From positions 98,394,001 to 98,458,000 of the forward strand of contig OZ241826.1 of NCBI GenBank assembly GCA_965202585.1: a DNA stretch of 64,000 nucleotides. Direction: 5' to 3'. This document shows positions 39,557 through 51,960 of the stretch, piece after piece. Positions within the stretch are counted from its first letter, which is position 1, and each line of letters opens with the position of its first letter. Source of the stretch: Thalia democratica. Lineage: Eukaryota. The notes under the pieces were generated by a model that was not told the DNA's origin, did not search any database, and was given only the letters and a program-made list of their open reading frames with translations. A program made the translations under genes and the position numbers.

Positions 39557-40792
39557 CTAAAACTTTAGTTCATGCAAAAATTCTACTATTTGACGTATAA
39601 AAATGTTCTTCATTTGATTAATATGTTCCCTCTGCATCCTAATAACTTCTACTTCGGCTGCTCTCAACACGTCATTTACTTCCGCTACCTTCACATCACC
39701 CTCATTTTCCTTCACTTTCTTCTCGTCAACGTTGTAATACGACTTAATCGTCGGAATAAAATTAAAAAGTATTTCTCGTACCACCTTTTTTACGCTGTAA
39801 GTGCACTCTGTCTCCACTAAATATTGAGGATCTACCATAGAGTGATGGCACAGGTAGATGAATTTGTTGCTTTTAAGAAAGCTACCACTTTGTACAATTG
39901 ACTTTTTGCTGTCACTTTCGTCATTAACATTAGCTTTCAAGTTTTTATTTTTTGTTTGGTAAAACTCAGATTCCATCCGCTGCAGAAATGGCTTGTCTGA
40001 CATATATTTCTGACATAAAGAAGAGTCTTTTTTTTTTCCTGCATCTACAAAATGTTTCCCGTTGAACTCTATTATTCTCTTTTCGATGAATCCAACCGCA
40101 CTATAAGAGCCAGGAATGTTTTTTTTCTTTTGTTTTCTAGGTGCTTTTGTTATGAACACATGTTCTAATGTCTTTACTACTCCGAGGCTAGTGCAAAAAC
40201 TACGCCCATAATTAAGAGCAAATGGGTAATAGTTTGTTAGGTAAACTCCCGGACCTTTCGTGCCTGCTTCCGACGGCAAAAATCCATCGCATAAAATTTT
40301 GTCGATGTTTTTGCTCTTGGTCCCGTGGAGAAGCAGCACAAACTCTTCATCAGTATTCTCTTGATGGTCACCAGCTTCTTGTTCTTCTTCTTTCTCTCTG
40401 CCTTCATCCTTAACCTCCATTTTAACGGGCATTACACGAAAGACTTTGTAGCTTGGCTGCGAACGGGGCTCAACGTCGAGCTTGATCTTTTTTCCAGGTT
40501 TTTCCCTTAAACCTAATGCTCGCGCCAGCAAATTGTGATCGCCGTCGTCCTCATCAAGAAGTTTTAAAGAATATCTTGGGTTCTTGCAGTTGACGGTGTG
40601 CGTCGGGGAATTCACATTTTTCGAGCTGATGAGTTCTTTGAACACGCTCATGATGCTTCTTAGTGCTTCCGGATGCTTTTCTTTTTCTTCTGAATACTGT
40701 CTTTCTCGTTCTCCAATAAAGGCTTCAACTGCAGCTCTCTTCGCTTCTGGGACGGATTGGATGTATTGATTTCTTTCTTGAGGAGTTAACAT
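39557..40792 (-). CDS. Intronless PARP/ARTD-family ADP-ribosyltransferase-domain protein (probable mono-ART), 411 aa
   Basis: LLLHGT (His codon 40325-40327), GPGVYLTNYYPFALNYG and a C-terminal FIYLCHHSMVDPQYLVE strand match the ARTD H-Y pattern. There is no Glu at the expected third catalytic position. The ORF is uninterrupted. Confidence 0.8.
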   Translation of the reverse strand: MLTPQERNQYIQSVPEAKRAAVEAFIGERERQYSEEKEKHPEALRSIMSVFKELISSKNVNSPTHTVNCKNPRYSLKLLDEDDGDHNLLARALGLREKPGKKIKLDVEPRSQPSYKVFRVMPVKMEVKDEGREKEEEQEAGDHQENTDEEFVLLLHGTKSKNIDKILCDGFLPSEAGTKGPGVYLTNYYPFALNYGRSFCTSLGVVKTLEHVFITKAPRKQKKKNIPGSYSAVGFIEKRIIEFNGKHFVDAGKKKDSSLCQKYMSDKPFLQRMESEFYQTKNKNLKANVNDESDSKKSIVQSGSFLKSNKFIYLCHHSMVDPQYLVETECTYSVKKVVREILFNFIPTIKSYYNVDEKKVKENEGDVKVAEVNDVLRAAEVEVIRMQREHINQMKNIFIRQIVEFLHELKF

Positions 40793-43093
40793 GGTTTACG
40801 TTACAACTTATTTGGGCCTAGAAGAAAAATGCGTATATAAGAAGCACCTATTGTTTAAATTATTTATTAAAAATGCATTAAAATTTTAAATAAAATATAT
40901 GCTTTTTATATTTTTTAATATACTTTGGTTTTAAAAGGTTGTAATTTTGTGTAACACTTGGCTAGTTATAGTGTGTTTTATGTGTTTACATTTGTTTAAA
41001 AATGTTGTACATTAATAAATAATAAAGAAAGAAATTTAAATAATTTGAATAAAATAGTAAATAAATCAATATAAAGTAGTTTTGTTTTAATTCTGATCTG
41101 ATAAAGAAACATATACTGAACTTTATTTAAACTTTGATTTCTTAATTTAAAATAATTGTTTTTTTTAATTAAACTAGGTATTTTTAACATAGTTAAAACT
41201 AAATATTCATAGGTTTTCATAAAAACAGTTTAAATTTGACTACGATGTATTATCTAAAGTCTATCAAATGTCATTAACATTTATTATCAACTGTTTTACA
41301 TAATACGTTTTTTAAAGGTTGTTTTAATTTTAACGTTGTACAAGCTTTTTTTAAAACCTATCATTTCATTCTAATTCTATTATTAAAGATTTTACTTTAT
41401 AGTACTAAATATAACAAGACTTCGAAAGATTTATCTGTCAAATTCTTAAACTTAATCATATCAAGATTTAACAAATTACAATAGCCTGTGTTCAGATCAA
41501 GAAAAACAAGTATTTGTTTACTTTGTAGTTGATAACCTGTAATAATTTATAGACTAAGAGCAATAAACTAGCAAAAGTTTTTTTTTTTGTGTTAGACTAT
41601 AAAAAATATATATTAACTAACATTTTAAAAGTAGCTACTAATACTTTAAGAAAAGTATTCATTACAGAAAGAAACTTAGTATAAACTGATAAAGTTCTAA
41701 CACGTTAAAGTTTTAAAAACTAAACTTAGCCAGATAGTCAAAGTAATTAAAAGGTTTTAATAATTAAATTTAAAAAATATTAATTGTTAATGAAACGAGT
41801 CAGTTAACTCAAAAACAAAATATAGATTGAAAAATTACCAAATCTAGTACAACACTAACTTTTATAGTTTTTTTCTACGATGATATCTTAAAGTTTTAGT
41901 TTGTAATTTACTTCTATTGTTAGTATAATAAAGTGTTCTTTCATGTTACCTATAAAAACAAAACAAGTTATTTAGTCTAATATTCCTTTTTACACATTCA
42001 TATTTTAAGTGATTTGTGTTCAGTGTGAATTGTTGTGTAAAAATTAAATTTGTGATTTCTTAACTTATTAGTTTTTTCTTAAAGGTATGTTTATTTCTTA
42101 TGTTTTTTAAGTGTCTGTTTGAGCATTTTTATTTAACAGTTTAATTAAAGACAAAAATGGTTTAGTTAATTTTATTAAACGATTAACCAACTAATATTTT
42201 TTTTTACACTTGAACTGGTTTTAAACTTGCAAATACAAAAGGTTGTACTATTTTTGTTAAAAATTTGCATAGTTTTCAATTTATAATATATTAGAAAGTC
42301 AAAAAACTAACTATTTGAAAATATCAAGTGTGGTATTTAAAAAATTGCAAGTGATATTTTTAACCTATTTTTTATTATCTTATGCCGTATGTTTTTAATA
42401 TGAACAAATTTGTAACCATTTTTAGAAATAATTCAACTATTCTTAATTATTCTTTTAAGAAATGAAAGTTGTTATAAACTCATCAAACTGTAGACACTGA
42501 ATTTTTTTTAAGTTAAATAAAAAGTCTAAACATTTGAACAACTAATAAGTTTTAATTAATTTTTAAAACAATAATCTGTAAATTACTTCAATATTCATCT
42601 TAAGTTATGAAACTAGTATGCAATATTACAGTTTGTAGACTAGATATATCAGTTCATACATTATAAATTATAGTAATCTAGTTAAATAGTATGAAAATAA
42701 ATAAGTTACTCATGTATACGTAAATAAAATTAAAACTTTTCATTTAGTTTAATTTAATCAAAACTGAATATCTATAAGCTTAAGATAAATTTTAATAGAA
42801 GTGTTTGAAAAAAAATACTATATACTTTAATATGTTGACAATAACTTTAATATGTTGAATCGCGTAATGTAATGTTTTGATAACAAATATTTTAAATTCG
42901 TATTTTGTTAACTATCAAAATAATGAGAAAGTAAATCTTAAGTCTATTAGATTGGATTTGTTTGAAACAATCATAACCACCAGGTTTTATTCATTGACCG
43001 TTTTATCCGATAAGATCGTTACAATAAAAAAGTAAATAAAACTAACGAAGTGTTTGTTTGTTTAAGCACTTAAAACTTATAACTTTTTTCCAG

Positions 43094-43290
43094 GAAGCTT
43101 AAACAGTCCGCTGTGATCGCGTGTGATGAGCTATGGCAGAGTGCGCTGCGTCGCGTGTTAGAGTGTCTCGCCTTGCGGACAGTCGGGCTGCGCAGTGAAA
43201 CGTGATGTTAACTGTCATGGAGCTGACTGGCAAGCCTAGACGTTAAATTGACAAAGTCTGTGCAAAAAAAGAAACATGATTGAAACATGC
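43094..43290 (+). other. Isolated GC-rich island: possible exon or structured small RNA
   Basis: It is bounded by a strong acceptor (ttttttccag, ends 43093) and a donor (gtaagt, 43291). One frame reads KLKQSAVIACDELWQSALRRVLECLALRTVGLRSET*. It also contains GTGATGA (43123) and CTGA (43223), resembling C/D boxes. The function is unresolved. Confidence 0.3.
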
Positions 43291-45199
43291 GTAAGTCAAA
43301 AAATCTACAATTATTTTTATATTGGTAACTAAGCAGCTTTTATTTACCAATTACAATTACTACATTCTTATCTTAAAAAATACTTATATAGCAAAGCTAT
43401 ATCATTTTTTCGTTGCTAAAATGTAGGACCGTTTATGATATTTAAGTGTTAAGAAAACTTATTAGCTAAATGATTAAACAAGATATTTAGAAATAAGTAA
43501 TTAAAATTTAAAGTAAATCTTGGCTAACAGAAACCTTATGATACGGAGAACAGTATACCTTTGTGTTAAAAGCTTAATTTAGTTTATTACAAGAACAACA
43601 AAGCCAAATCAAAGCAAAGTAAAACTAACAATTAAAAGAAAATATAAATATAGCTAGAAAGTATTTCGACATCTCCTCAGTATTACAAGGGAGATATAAC
43701 AATACAATAACCACGAAAACATTAAAGTTTTACAATCAACTTACTTTTCGTTTTAAATATTTTAAAAGCAGGACTTAACTTCAAAGCAAAAACACACTTA
43801 AGCTGATACAAAATTTTAATCGTTGTTTAGGCATTCATTAATTACTACTGACAAAAAAATCTAATTTAACTTCAACTTGACTTTACAGTCATGATTGAAA
43901 AAAGCTGTGATTCAGCAGCATGCTGAGGTCATGTTTTCACTGTGGTCCACTTCTAACAAATCAAAACTCTTCAAACATTTGCTCACATAACCTAGAGGTG
44001 GCAGCTTACAATAAAAGTCGGAAACAAATAGTATTATAACAGGAACTAGTAAACACTTGTTTTATTTCACATTGTACTTTAGTAAAATTTAAAATTATTA
44101 TTTTGTTTGACAAGAAAATATTTACTTAAGGACAGTTCGAGGTTATAATTTAACTTGCTTTTTTCCTTGAATTTTAGTTAAACATTAAGTTTCTAAAATT
44201 TCTGATTACAAGTGAAATAATTATGTTAAGTTTTTATTTTTACAAAATGATTTTCAAAGTGTTTTATTAAAATTTTATTAATATGTTTTTTAAACTATTT
44301 TAATTAATTTCAAGTGAGACTAATTAGTTCTTAATCGATTAATAATTACCTGTTTTTATTCCTTATAACACTCTTGCAATTACTTTACGATTATTTTATA
44401 TGTATATAAATCAAACTCTTTTTTTATATTAGCTCTGCATACAGTTGTTAAGAAAACATGAAACATATCTTGTACACTGAAATTATTTGTCTTTGCCTAA
44501 CTAGAAAAAGGTTATTTTGTAAGCTATTTTTTATATAAAAATAAATAATTTAACATTATACAAAATTTTGCAAAACAATAAAAATAAAACCTTTTTATAG
44601 TATATTTTACTTATTACCATTTATTTTTGATGTTTTAAAATTTTAATCATAAAATATGTTTAGGTTTGGAAATAGATATAACCAAAATCATCCGGTTAAA
44701 ATACAATTTTTTTGAATAGTAAACTTTATGTGTTGTAACAGAATATCAAACAATATTTTACAACTATTTTAATTTAAAGTTAAGTTTTCAGATATAGTTT
44801 ATTGAACGATAAAATAATGCTCAAAATATTTAGTCCTAGGACTTGGTGCAAGAACAACCTTTCAGTTATCGAGTCGTACACTACGGATACTTTTTAATGT
44901 CTTGACCAGGATAGATAACCTTTTTTATAGAGATAACTCGCTATCCTTGTCGAGTATAGATAACCAAAAAGATAATCTTTTTTGTCCGAGCGTGTAAGAG
45001 AAAGATTGCAAGGTCACGTGTTTAATCGATGAAACTTTGCGTTTGCACACTGCAGTCATATATAAGTGCTCATCAGATGGAGAAGGGATTCAACCGTACC
45101 ACAACCTTAACGTAGTAATTCGTCTATATTGTTTAATTATTTTGTGAAAAGATTTTGTTTAATAATGTTTTCTGCTTATAAAAGTTTCAAAAATTATAA

Positions 45200-48000
45200 A
45201 TAAAAAGTATAAGATTTATATAAAAATAGTGTGAAAAAAAAAGAGCTACTGATCAGAAAGAGACATTGAGAGGACAAAAAAGTGGGCGCTGGACAGCCTG
45301 CCTGTTTGATTTCGGCTGCCTGTTCTGCGTACCAAGTTCACGTCCCAGTGGAATTACAATCTCCCTCTGAAAAAACGACCTAACCAGGTTTACAATCTAA
45401 TGCATATCGCGCTAACAAGAGTGCTAGCAGCTAATCGCATTCTTATATACTTGCGTGGTCGTGCCCATGGAGAGCAACCACCGGGACTCGGACTCGGGAC
45501 GCACGGCCGGCATTCGCAGAAGCAAACCGCTGGGCCATACAGGCGCCCGCCTGTCTACTCTAATTACTGTATATAAACCATCTATATTCAAGAATGAATC
45601 TAAAAAAGTTTCATTTTAATGGAAAATTATAAATAAACAGTATAAGATTTATATAAAAATAGTGTGAAAAAAAAGGAGTTACTGATCAGAAAGAGACATT
45701 GAGAGGACAAAAAAGTGGGTGCTGGACAGCCTGCCTGTTTGATTTCGGCTGCCTGTTCTGCGTACCAGGTTCACGTCCCAGTGGAATTACAATCTCCCTC
45801 TGAAAAAACGACCTAACACTGTTAACAATCTAACGCACATCGCGCTAACAAGAGTGCTGGCAGCTAATCGCATTCTTATATACTTGCGTGGTCGTCCCAT
45901 GGAGGGAAACCACCGGGACTCGAGCTTGGGACGCAGGGCCGACAGTCGTGGAGGCAAACCGCTGGGCCATACAGGCGCCCGCCTGTCTACTCTAATTACT
46001 ATATATAAACCATTGATATTCACGAATGAATCTAAAAATGTTTTATTTTAATAAAAAAATTATAAATAAAAAGTATAAGATTTATATAAAATTTGTGTGA
46101 AAAAAAGGAGTTACTGATCAGAAAGAGACATTGAGAGGACAAAAAAGTGGACGCTGGCCAGCCTGCCTGTTTGATTTCGGCTGCCTGTCCTTCGTACCAA
46201 GTTCACGTCCCAGTGGGATTACAATCTCCCTCTGATTATTCCCTCTATTACGCTTAACCCTTACCCTCAGTCGCTAAATTATTATTTTATTTTTTTATTT
46301 CTTAATTTTTTTCATTTAATTTTTTCTTTTTAGTTTTTATTATTGATTTTTTTTTCTACTATCACAGTTACCCTTAAGCTTTACCCTCGGTCGGTAGATT
46401 TATTTTTAAATTAATTATTATTTTTTTTTATAAATTTGCATTAGATATTTTTTTAATTTTTACTATAACTGTTTCCATTACTTTCAGTCAATATTTTTTT
46501 ATTTGTTTTATTTAATTATCTTAAAGTTTTTTTCCTGTTGCTATGTATATTTTTTTTCTGTTTTTTTTTTTTATTCTCGTGCAAAAAATGTAACTCGTGC
46601 AAAATTAACCCTTTGTGTTAATTTGGCTTCGTGCAATTTTGTGCACTCGTGAAATTTAAACCTGATTCACTTAATACATATGATTTGAAAGAAAACATTA
46701 GTAGATTTTGATGTCTCTAATTTTAAAATTAAACAATGAATTAAATATACCAGATTTATCAAATATAAGGGTATGAACAAATAATCAATTAAAATAGCTT
46801 TTTATTTAAATTAAAATAACTCTAAAATAAATAAGTAAAAGTAACATATTTTCATGATGTTAAGGATTGTTATAAAGCACATATAATATTTGTTTAATTT
46901 TTAATTATGTTGAATTTTAATTTAATAAGTAATTTATTATTAATTGTTTAGGTTCATCCTTTATTCGGAAGTCAACACAACTCTTGTCAACAGTTTGTTA
47001 TGGTTTATCTTGATTATTTGTATTTTGACAATTGCTCACCTGAAAAGCAATAGTTTTTAATGCAATTTATAAAAAAACTGTGATTATTGTTATCCATCAA
47101 GCTAAATATTTTGTATCTTGATATTTTTTGAAATTTTTTCTTTTATTTATAAATTTATTTATAAATTTATATATATTTAGTACTCTATTTTGTTTGAAAA
47201 TTTTCTATGGCATACGATTATACTTAAGTTTTTATTCATTATTAGTGTTATTTTTTTAATTTTATTGTTGCTTTGAAGTCAAGATTTCAACAGTTTTTAG
47301 CAATAATAAGTATTTTAGCTTTCTTAAGGTGCTTCTGCTCCAATATTAAAATCCACGTAACGTCTCAGATAGACTTATTTATATAACATTAATTACTAAT
47401 TTAATTTTTTACACTTTTCAACTTTTAAAAAGCTTTATTCATCAAACAACTTTACAGGCGTCCGCCTGTCTACTCTAATTACTGTATATAAACCATCTAT
47501 GTTCGAAAATTAATGTAAAAAAGTTTTGTTGCAAAAAAAAAAACAATGAAAAAAGTATAAGATTTATATTAAAATTATGTGAAAAATATGAGTTACTGAT
47601 CAGAAAGAGACATTGAAGGGACAAAAAGGTGGGCACTGGACAGCCTGCTTGTTTGATATCGGCTGCCTGTCCTGCGTGCTGGGTTCACGTCCCAGTGGAA
47701 TTACAATCTCCCTCTGAAAAAACGACCTAACAAGGTTTGCGATCTGATGCACGGCGCGCTAACAGGGGTGCTGGCGGCTGATCGCATTCTTATATACTTG
47801 CGTGGTTGTCCCCATGGAGGGCAGCCACCGGGACTCGAGCTCGGGACGCACGGCCGGCAGTCGCAGAGGCAAACCGCTGGGCAATACAGGCGCCCGCCTG
47901 TCTACTCTAATTACTGTATTTGAACCATCTGTATTCAAGAATTAATGTAAAAAAGTTTCATTGCAAAAAAACAAAGAAAAAAAAGTATAAGTTTTTGTAT
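45200..48000. repeat. 432-bp tandem array (copies A, B, disrupted C, D); each unit is an imperfect inverted repeat of two convergent tRNA-like A/B-box heads
   Basis: GC-rich cores are at 45284-45548, 45717-45980, 46149-46235 plus 47457-47463, and 47631-47895. Periods are 432-433 bp. The minus head has an A box TGGCCCAGCGG and a T-arm CCGAG-CTCGAGT-CCCGG. The plus head in copy D has a perfect T-arm CTGGG-TTCACGT-CCCAG (47679-47695). A further fragment lies at 48913-48938. Confidence 0.85.
46236..46655. mobile_element. Repeat insertion disrupting array copy C (relative of the 20860-21360 element, opposite orientation)
   Basis: Array similarity stops abruptly after aatctccctctga (46235) and resumes at tacaggcgtccgcc (about 47453). 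The insert begins with taacccttaccc-type repeats and matches the reverse complement of 20870-21170. Confidence 0.65.
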
Positions 48001-50611
48001 AAAATTTTTAAAAAATATTTAACTTTTTGCAAAAGAAAAAAAATAGTCTAAAGATATTAATATGAATTACATATGAATTTTTTATTTTTAACAAATATAC
48101 ATTACGTTTTTACTTTTATCCGTTCTTTTTTTTATTAAGAATTTGTATTGTCCGAATTTGGATAGTCGTGCACCACGTCTGAGTAAGGTAGATTTAGAAT
48201 AAGGGTGGAAACTAGAAAAAAATAACAATTTTTAAGCAAATCAGACTGACCTTAAGCTTTAATTTCTGTTTTATACGTTATAAGTTTAAAAACCTTGTTT
48301 TATGTCAACTTTGGATCATTCTGATGCGAACAGCTCGAAAAAGATCTTTTTTAATGAGTTTTGTGTCTATTTTTAGATTATCAAGAACTTATGACTTAAA
48401 CAGATGTAAAAAAAAAATTTAAAATATTGTTCTTTAAATACAATAAGAAGAAAAATTAAAAATAGAATACAGCACAACGGGTTATAAACTTAGTAGACAG
48501 AATTTTTGTATTTATTTTTTAACTTTCAATGACATAATGATAATGAATCAGGTGTGTGTCTAGACTTGTTTTAAAGGGGGTTCACAATTTTTTTGTTATT
48601 AATTTGCCGCTCAATACGCATTTCTTAGGTACGTACTGTCAGTTAAGTACGCAACATTTAGCCGAAAAACTTTGTGTTTAGAATGTTTTTTCTGCTTAGA
48701 AATATAAAAAGAATTATAAGCAGCAGAGACATGTCTAGCTTTTTTTCAGTGAGTAGTACAATTTTTTGTTAAAAAACAAAGTATTATGTGTGGTAGATTT
48801 TAATAAAATTTTTAGAAGTTTTTATGAATGTCTATCATATAATTGTCAAAAATTTTCTTATCTAAATAAATATTTTTACTTTCAAAAAAATACTATTTAA
48901 ACAAAAAGCTAACATCGCGCTAACAAGAGTGCTAGCAGTTTTTTTATCTGATTTAACACATTTATTCATGCAAAAAATTGTAATCAGAATGTTTTAATAC
49001 GTCTTATTATAAACCAAACCTTGTTTTATACTTTTTTCAGAGGAAAAGTGAAAAACACAAGTACTTGGCAATAAAAGAAATCCAGATTAAGAAACTAACA
49101 GATACAGTTTTTATTATTAAAAAATTCAAAAAATTAACAAATGTATACATTATGTAATCATAATAGTATGAATTGCTACTAAATTTTGTAAAATTTATTT
49201 TTGAATAGTTTAATTGTTTAAATTTAATTACGAAGTCATTTTTTTCCTATTTTAAAACAAAACTAAGTTATGTGTCTAAAATTTTAGTTTACAAATGGTA
49301 TAAATGACTTATAAATACTTAGCATCTGTAATTAACAAATTTTGACTAGTTAATGTTATACAAACAATTTTTTTGAATTGGTGTAATGGAACATAATATC
49401 TACTGTTTTTTATTTATACAAGTTTAAATTAAAACGGTCGAAAAAGTGTATAATAATTTGCAAATAGTCTAGTTATAAGTTAAGTATAATATCTTAAAAA
49501 CTGCAAATACTCTTTAGAATTTCATTAATACTTTAAAAGTTCAGTTTTTATCTACTTAATTTGATGTTCTACTTTTTAAATAGACTTCAAGTAAAGTTCT
49601 TTTTTATATTTTGTAAATGTCTTTATTATATTATAAATACAAAATAATATTCTTATATTTTAGATGAAAAAGACAAATTAAATGTCATAAAATGTTTAAA
49701 AGTTCGGAAAAAACTTGACTATTCTTGTAATTAAAGCTTTTAAAAGATTCAACCAATTTAAGTCTTTTATCTATGCGATATGTGATTTTAATTTTTTTCC
49801 ACACTAGTTTATTAAAAAGCTTGTTAAAAAGCGTGCCTGTCATGTCAATTTCAATGAGTGTAATAGCTTTAGTGTATTAGCAGCCCCCATTATGTTTAGT
49901 TGAATTTACAGATAACAAACGACTCTTTCTTGTCATTTTTTGGTTCAGCAACAATTTCACATTTTTTACATGCTTTAATTAACTGTGGTTATTTATTGTA
50001 GAACTTATGTGGGTGCCTTTAAGAGGTCACCTTTGTGAAACTGTAAACCTCATAATTTGCTTAACTTTAAGAAATTTTAGAACATATTTTTAAATTTGCA
50101 GGTCTTTTCACAGTTTAGTAGCAATAATGAGTTTGAATAAAATTTTTTCTTACAGTTGCTACAATTTAAAAATATGAATGCTTGAATTAATATATCAATT
50201 TAAAGGTTGTAGTGCAAACAAAAAGGAAGTTACCACAATTTTTTCTGTTACTTTCAAAACATATAAGAAAAACACGCTATCAAATAGACATGATTTACCT
50301 TCTTGAGTATAAATCATTAAGAATTATACTACTTGTCAAGATAACTTTTAGTTTCAAGTATATATGTTTATAAAACTTAGTAAAATAAAACAACTTAAAT
50401 AAATTAGTGTGGCAAAATATCTTCTAGCTTTTTGAGGTGTTAGCAAAAAAATAAAAAGATACAAATAACTTTGATATTTTTTTATTTACGAAAATTGCTT
50501 ACAAACTGCAAATATTGTTAAGTTGGTACAATTTATTACTAATAAGTAATAGTTAAATATGCGCAATTTCACGAACAGCTTTCTAAACAATTTTAAATTT
50601 TCACACAAAGT

Positions 50612-51960
50612 TCACCTCAACTGGGAAACTTTAGCGCAACCGAACCACTTGCTGGACTTTGTCCATTCACACGACTCCGACGCCCACGTTCCATTGACGA
50701 CGTCATAAAAGAACACTTTACTCAAACGACTGTACAGCACGACCAGTCTGTCGCCGATCAAAACGGCTCCGGAAGGCAGCACCATGTTGCTGAAGCTTTC
50801 TTCGGGCGCCTTCAGCAAAACAAACTTGCCGCAGTTTGAATCGAAAACTTCGCTGCTCCTTTTCCACCCTCCGACCGCGAAAAGCTTGCTCCTCGCCGCA
50901 ACCGACTTGTGACCGCACCTCGGTTCGACCATGCCGGGCATCGGCGACCAGGCGTCGGCCGCGTGGTCGTAAGCCTCAACAGATTCGAGCGTTACGCCGT
51001 CGTGCCCGCCGCTGACAACCATCTTTCCTTGGAACGCGCAGCACGCGGAGAGCGGCCTGGCCCGGCTCACCTCCGCAACGCCCTTCCACCTCGAGTACCT
51101 CGTGTAAAATTTCCAGCACCTTCTTCCTCGCCACCCGCCGCCGACAACGTAAACGTCGCCCATGAAAGCGCACGCGCTGAAACCGCTGTTATCGTCGGGC
51201 ATTTCGCCCACTCTCCCGCTCCGCCGAGCGGCGAGAATCTTTCAACGGAAAGAACGTTGTTGCCGTCGGCACCCTTGCCACCGAGCACGAAAAGTTCTCG
51301 GTCGTTGCAAACCACTTGGAACATTGTTCGACCTTCCTTCATCTTCGGCATGGCGGTCGGTTCGTTCAAGTTGTTGGCGTTGACCCTGCGCACGTCGCTA
51401 ACGACACGATCTTTAATGTCAACGCCTCCGCAAACTACAACGTCAAATTTCATGTGGTTGCAGTACCTGCTGGCGGAAGGGGAATTTTTCAAGCCGACTT
51501 TGTCACTTTTGAGTTTTTTTATGGTAGAAGCACACTCATCGTTGACGGCAAAGCAAAAATTTGCACTTAACAAACTGCTCAATGCATGAACCGACAACAA
51601 TGAACAACGGACAGCGAACAAAAGGCGAATTGCGTATTTGGTTCTTTTGCTGAACTCGTGACACAGCCAACTGTTTGCCGCGCTTGCCACTTGCAGCTCC
51701 GAATCAACGTTCAAGCGATCGCTGGAAAACACTTTGACGACGGAAAGGAAGTCGAGCTCTCGAAATTTTCGTGAGTGGGCGATTGAGGAGAAGCGGTGTT
51801 CTAAGAAAGTCAAACATAGTTCTGACAACTTCGGGAGGCGGTAAAGCCGTGACGCGAAGTAGGCTGCTGCTGCGTTGCTTTCGTTGAATTTGTCTTCGAA
51901 GTGGATTTCGTTTTCCAAGCCTTCGCTCAGAAAAATTTTGTTTGCTTTCAAAATTGGCAT
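50612..51960 (-). pseudogene. Intronless BACK-Kelch repeat protein with a single-base frameshift (pseudogene or sequence error)
   Basis: ORF 51067..51960 has a BACK domain (ELDFLSVVKVFSSDRLNVDSELQVASAANSWL) and Kelch repeats (VVVCGG, LFVLGG). ORF 50612..51211 continues them (VYVVGG..W, MVVSGG..VEAYD...W, LFAVGG). Restoring one base between 51216 and 51217 gives SPLGGAWRVGEMPDD and joins the two. No BTB domain is evident. Confidence 0.85.

Noticed and set aside
44900-45075. Promoter-like cluster (repeated GATAAC, CACGTG, TATATAAG at about 45059)
   Set aside because: The motifs are short and frequent in AT-rich DNA, and no downstream gene could be supported.
45284-47895. Array units as functional tRNA-Gly, vault RNA or 7SL/Alu-like RNA
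   Set aside because: The acceptor and D stems do not pair, so it is not a tRNA. In vault RNA the U-tract follows soon after the B box, but here it is about 95 nt away. The GGCGGGCGCCTGTA match to Alu is short, and no SRP S-domain helices are evident.
45200-48000. CRISPR array; ORFs 45787..46023 and 45854..46051
   Set aside because: The 432-bp near-identical units have no unique spacers, the context is eukaryotic and there are no cas genes. The ORFs are chance products of GC-rich repeat sequence and are not conserved across copies.
50718-51589. Overlapping ORFs 50718-, 50909+, 50976-, 51162+, 51316+
   Set aside because: These are shadow frames of the GC-rich Kelch gene with no recognisable motifs.
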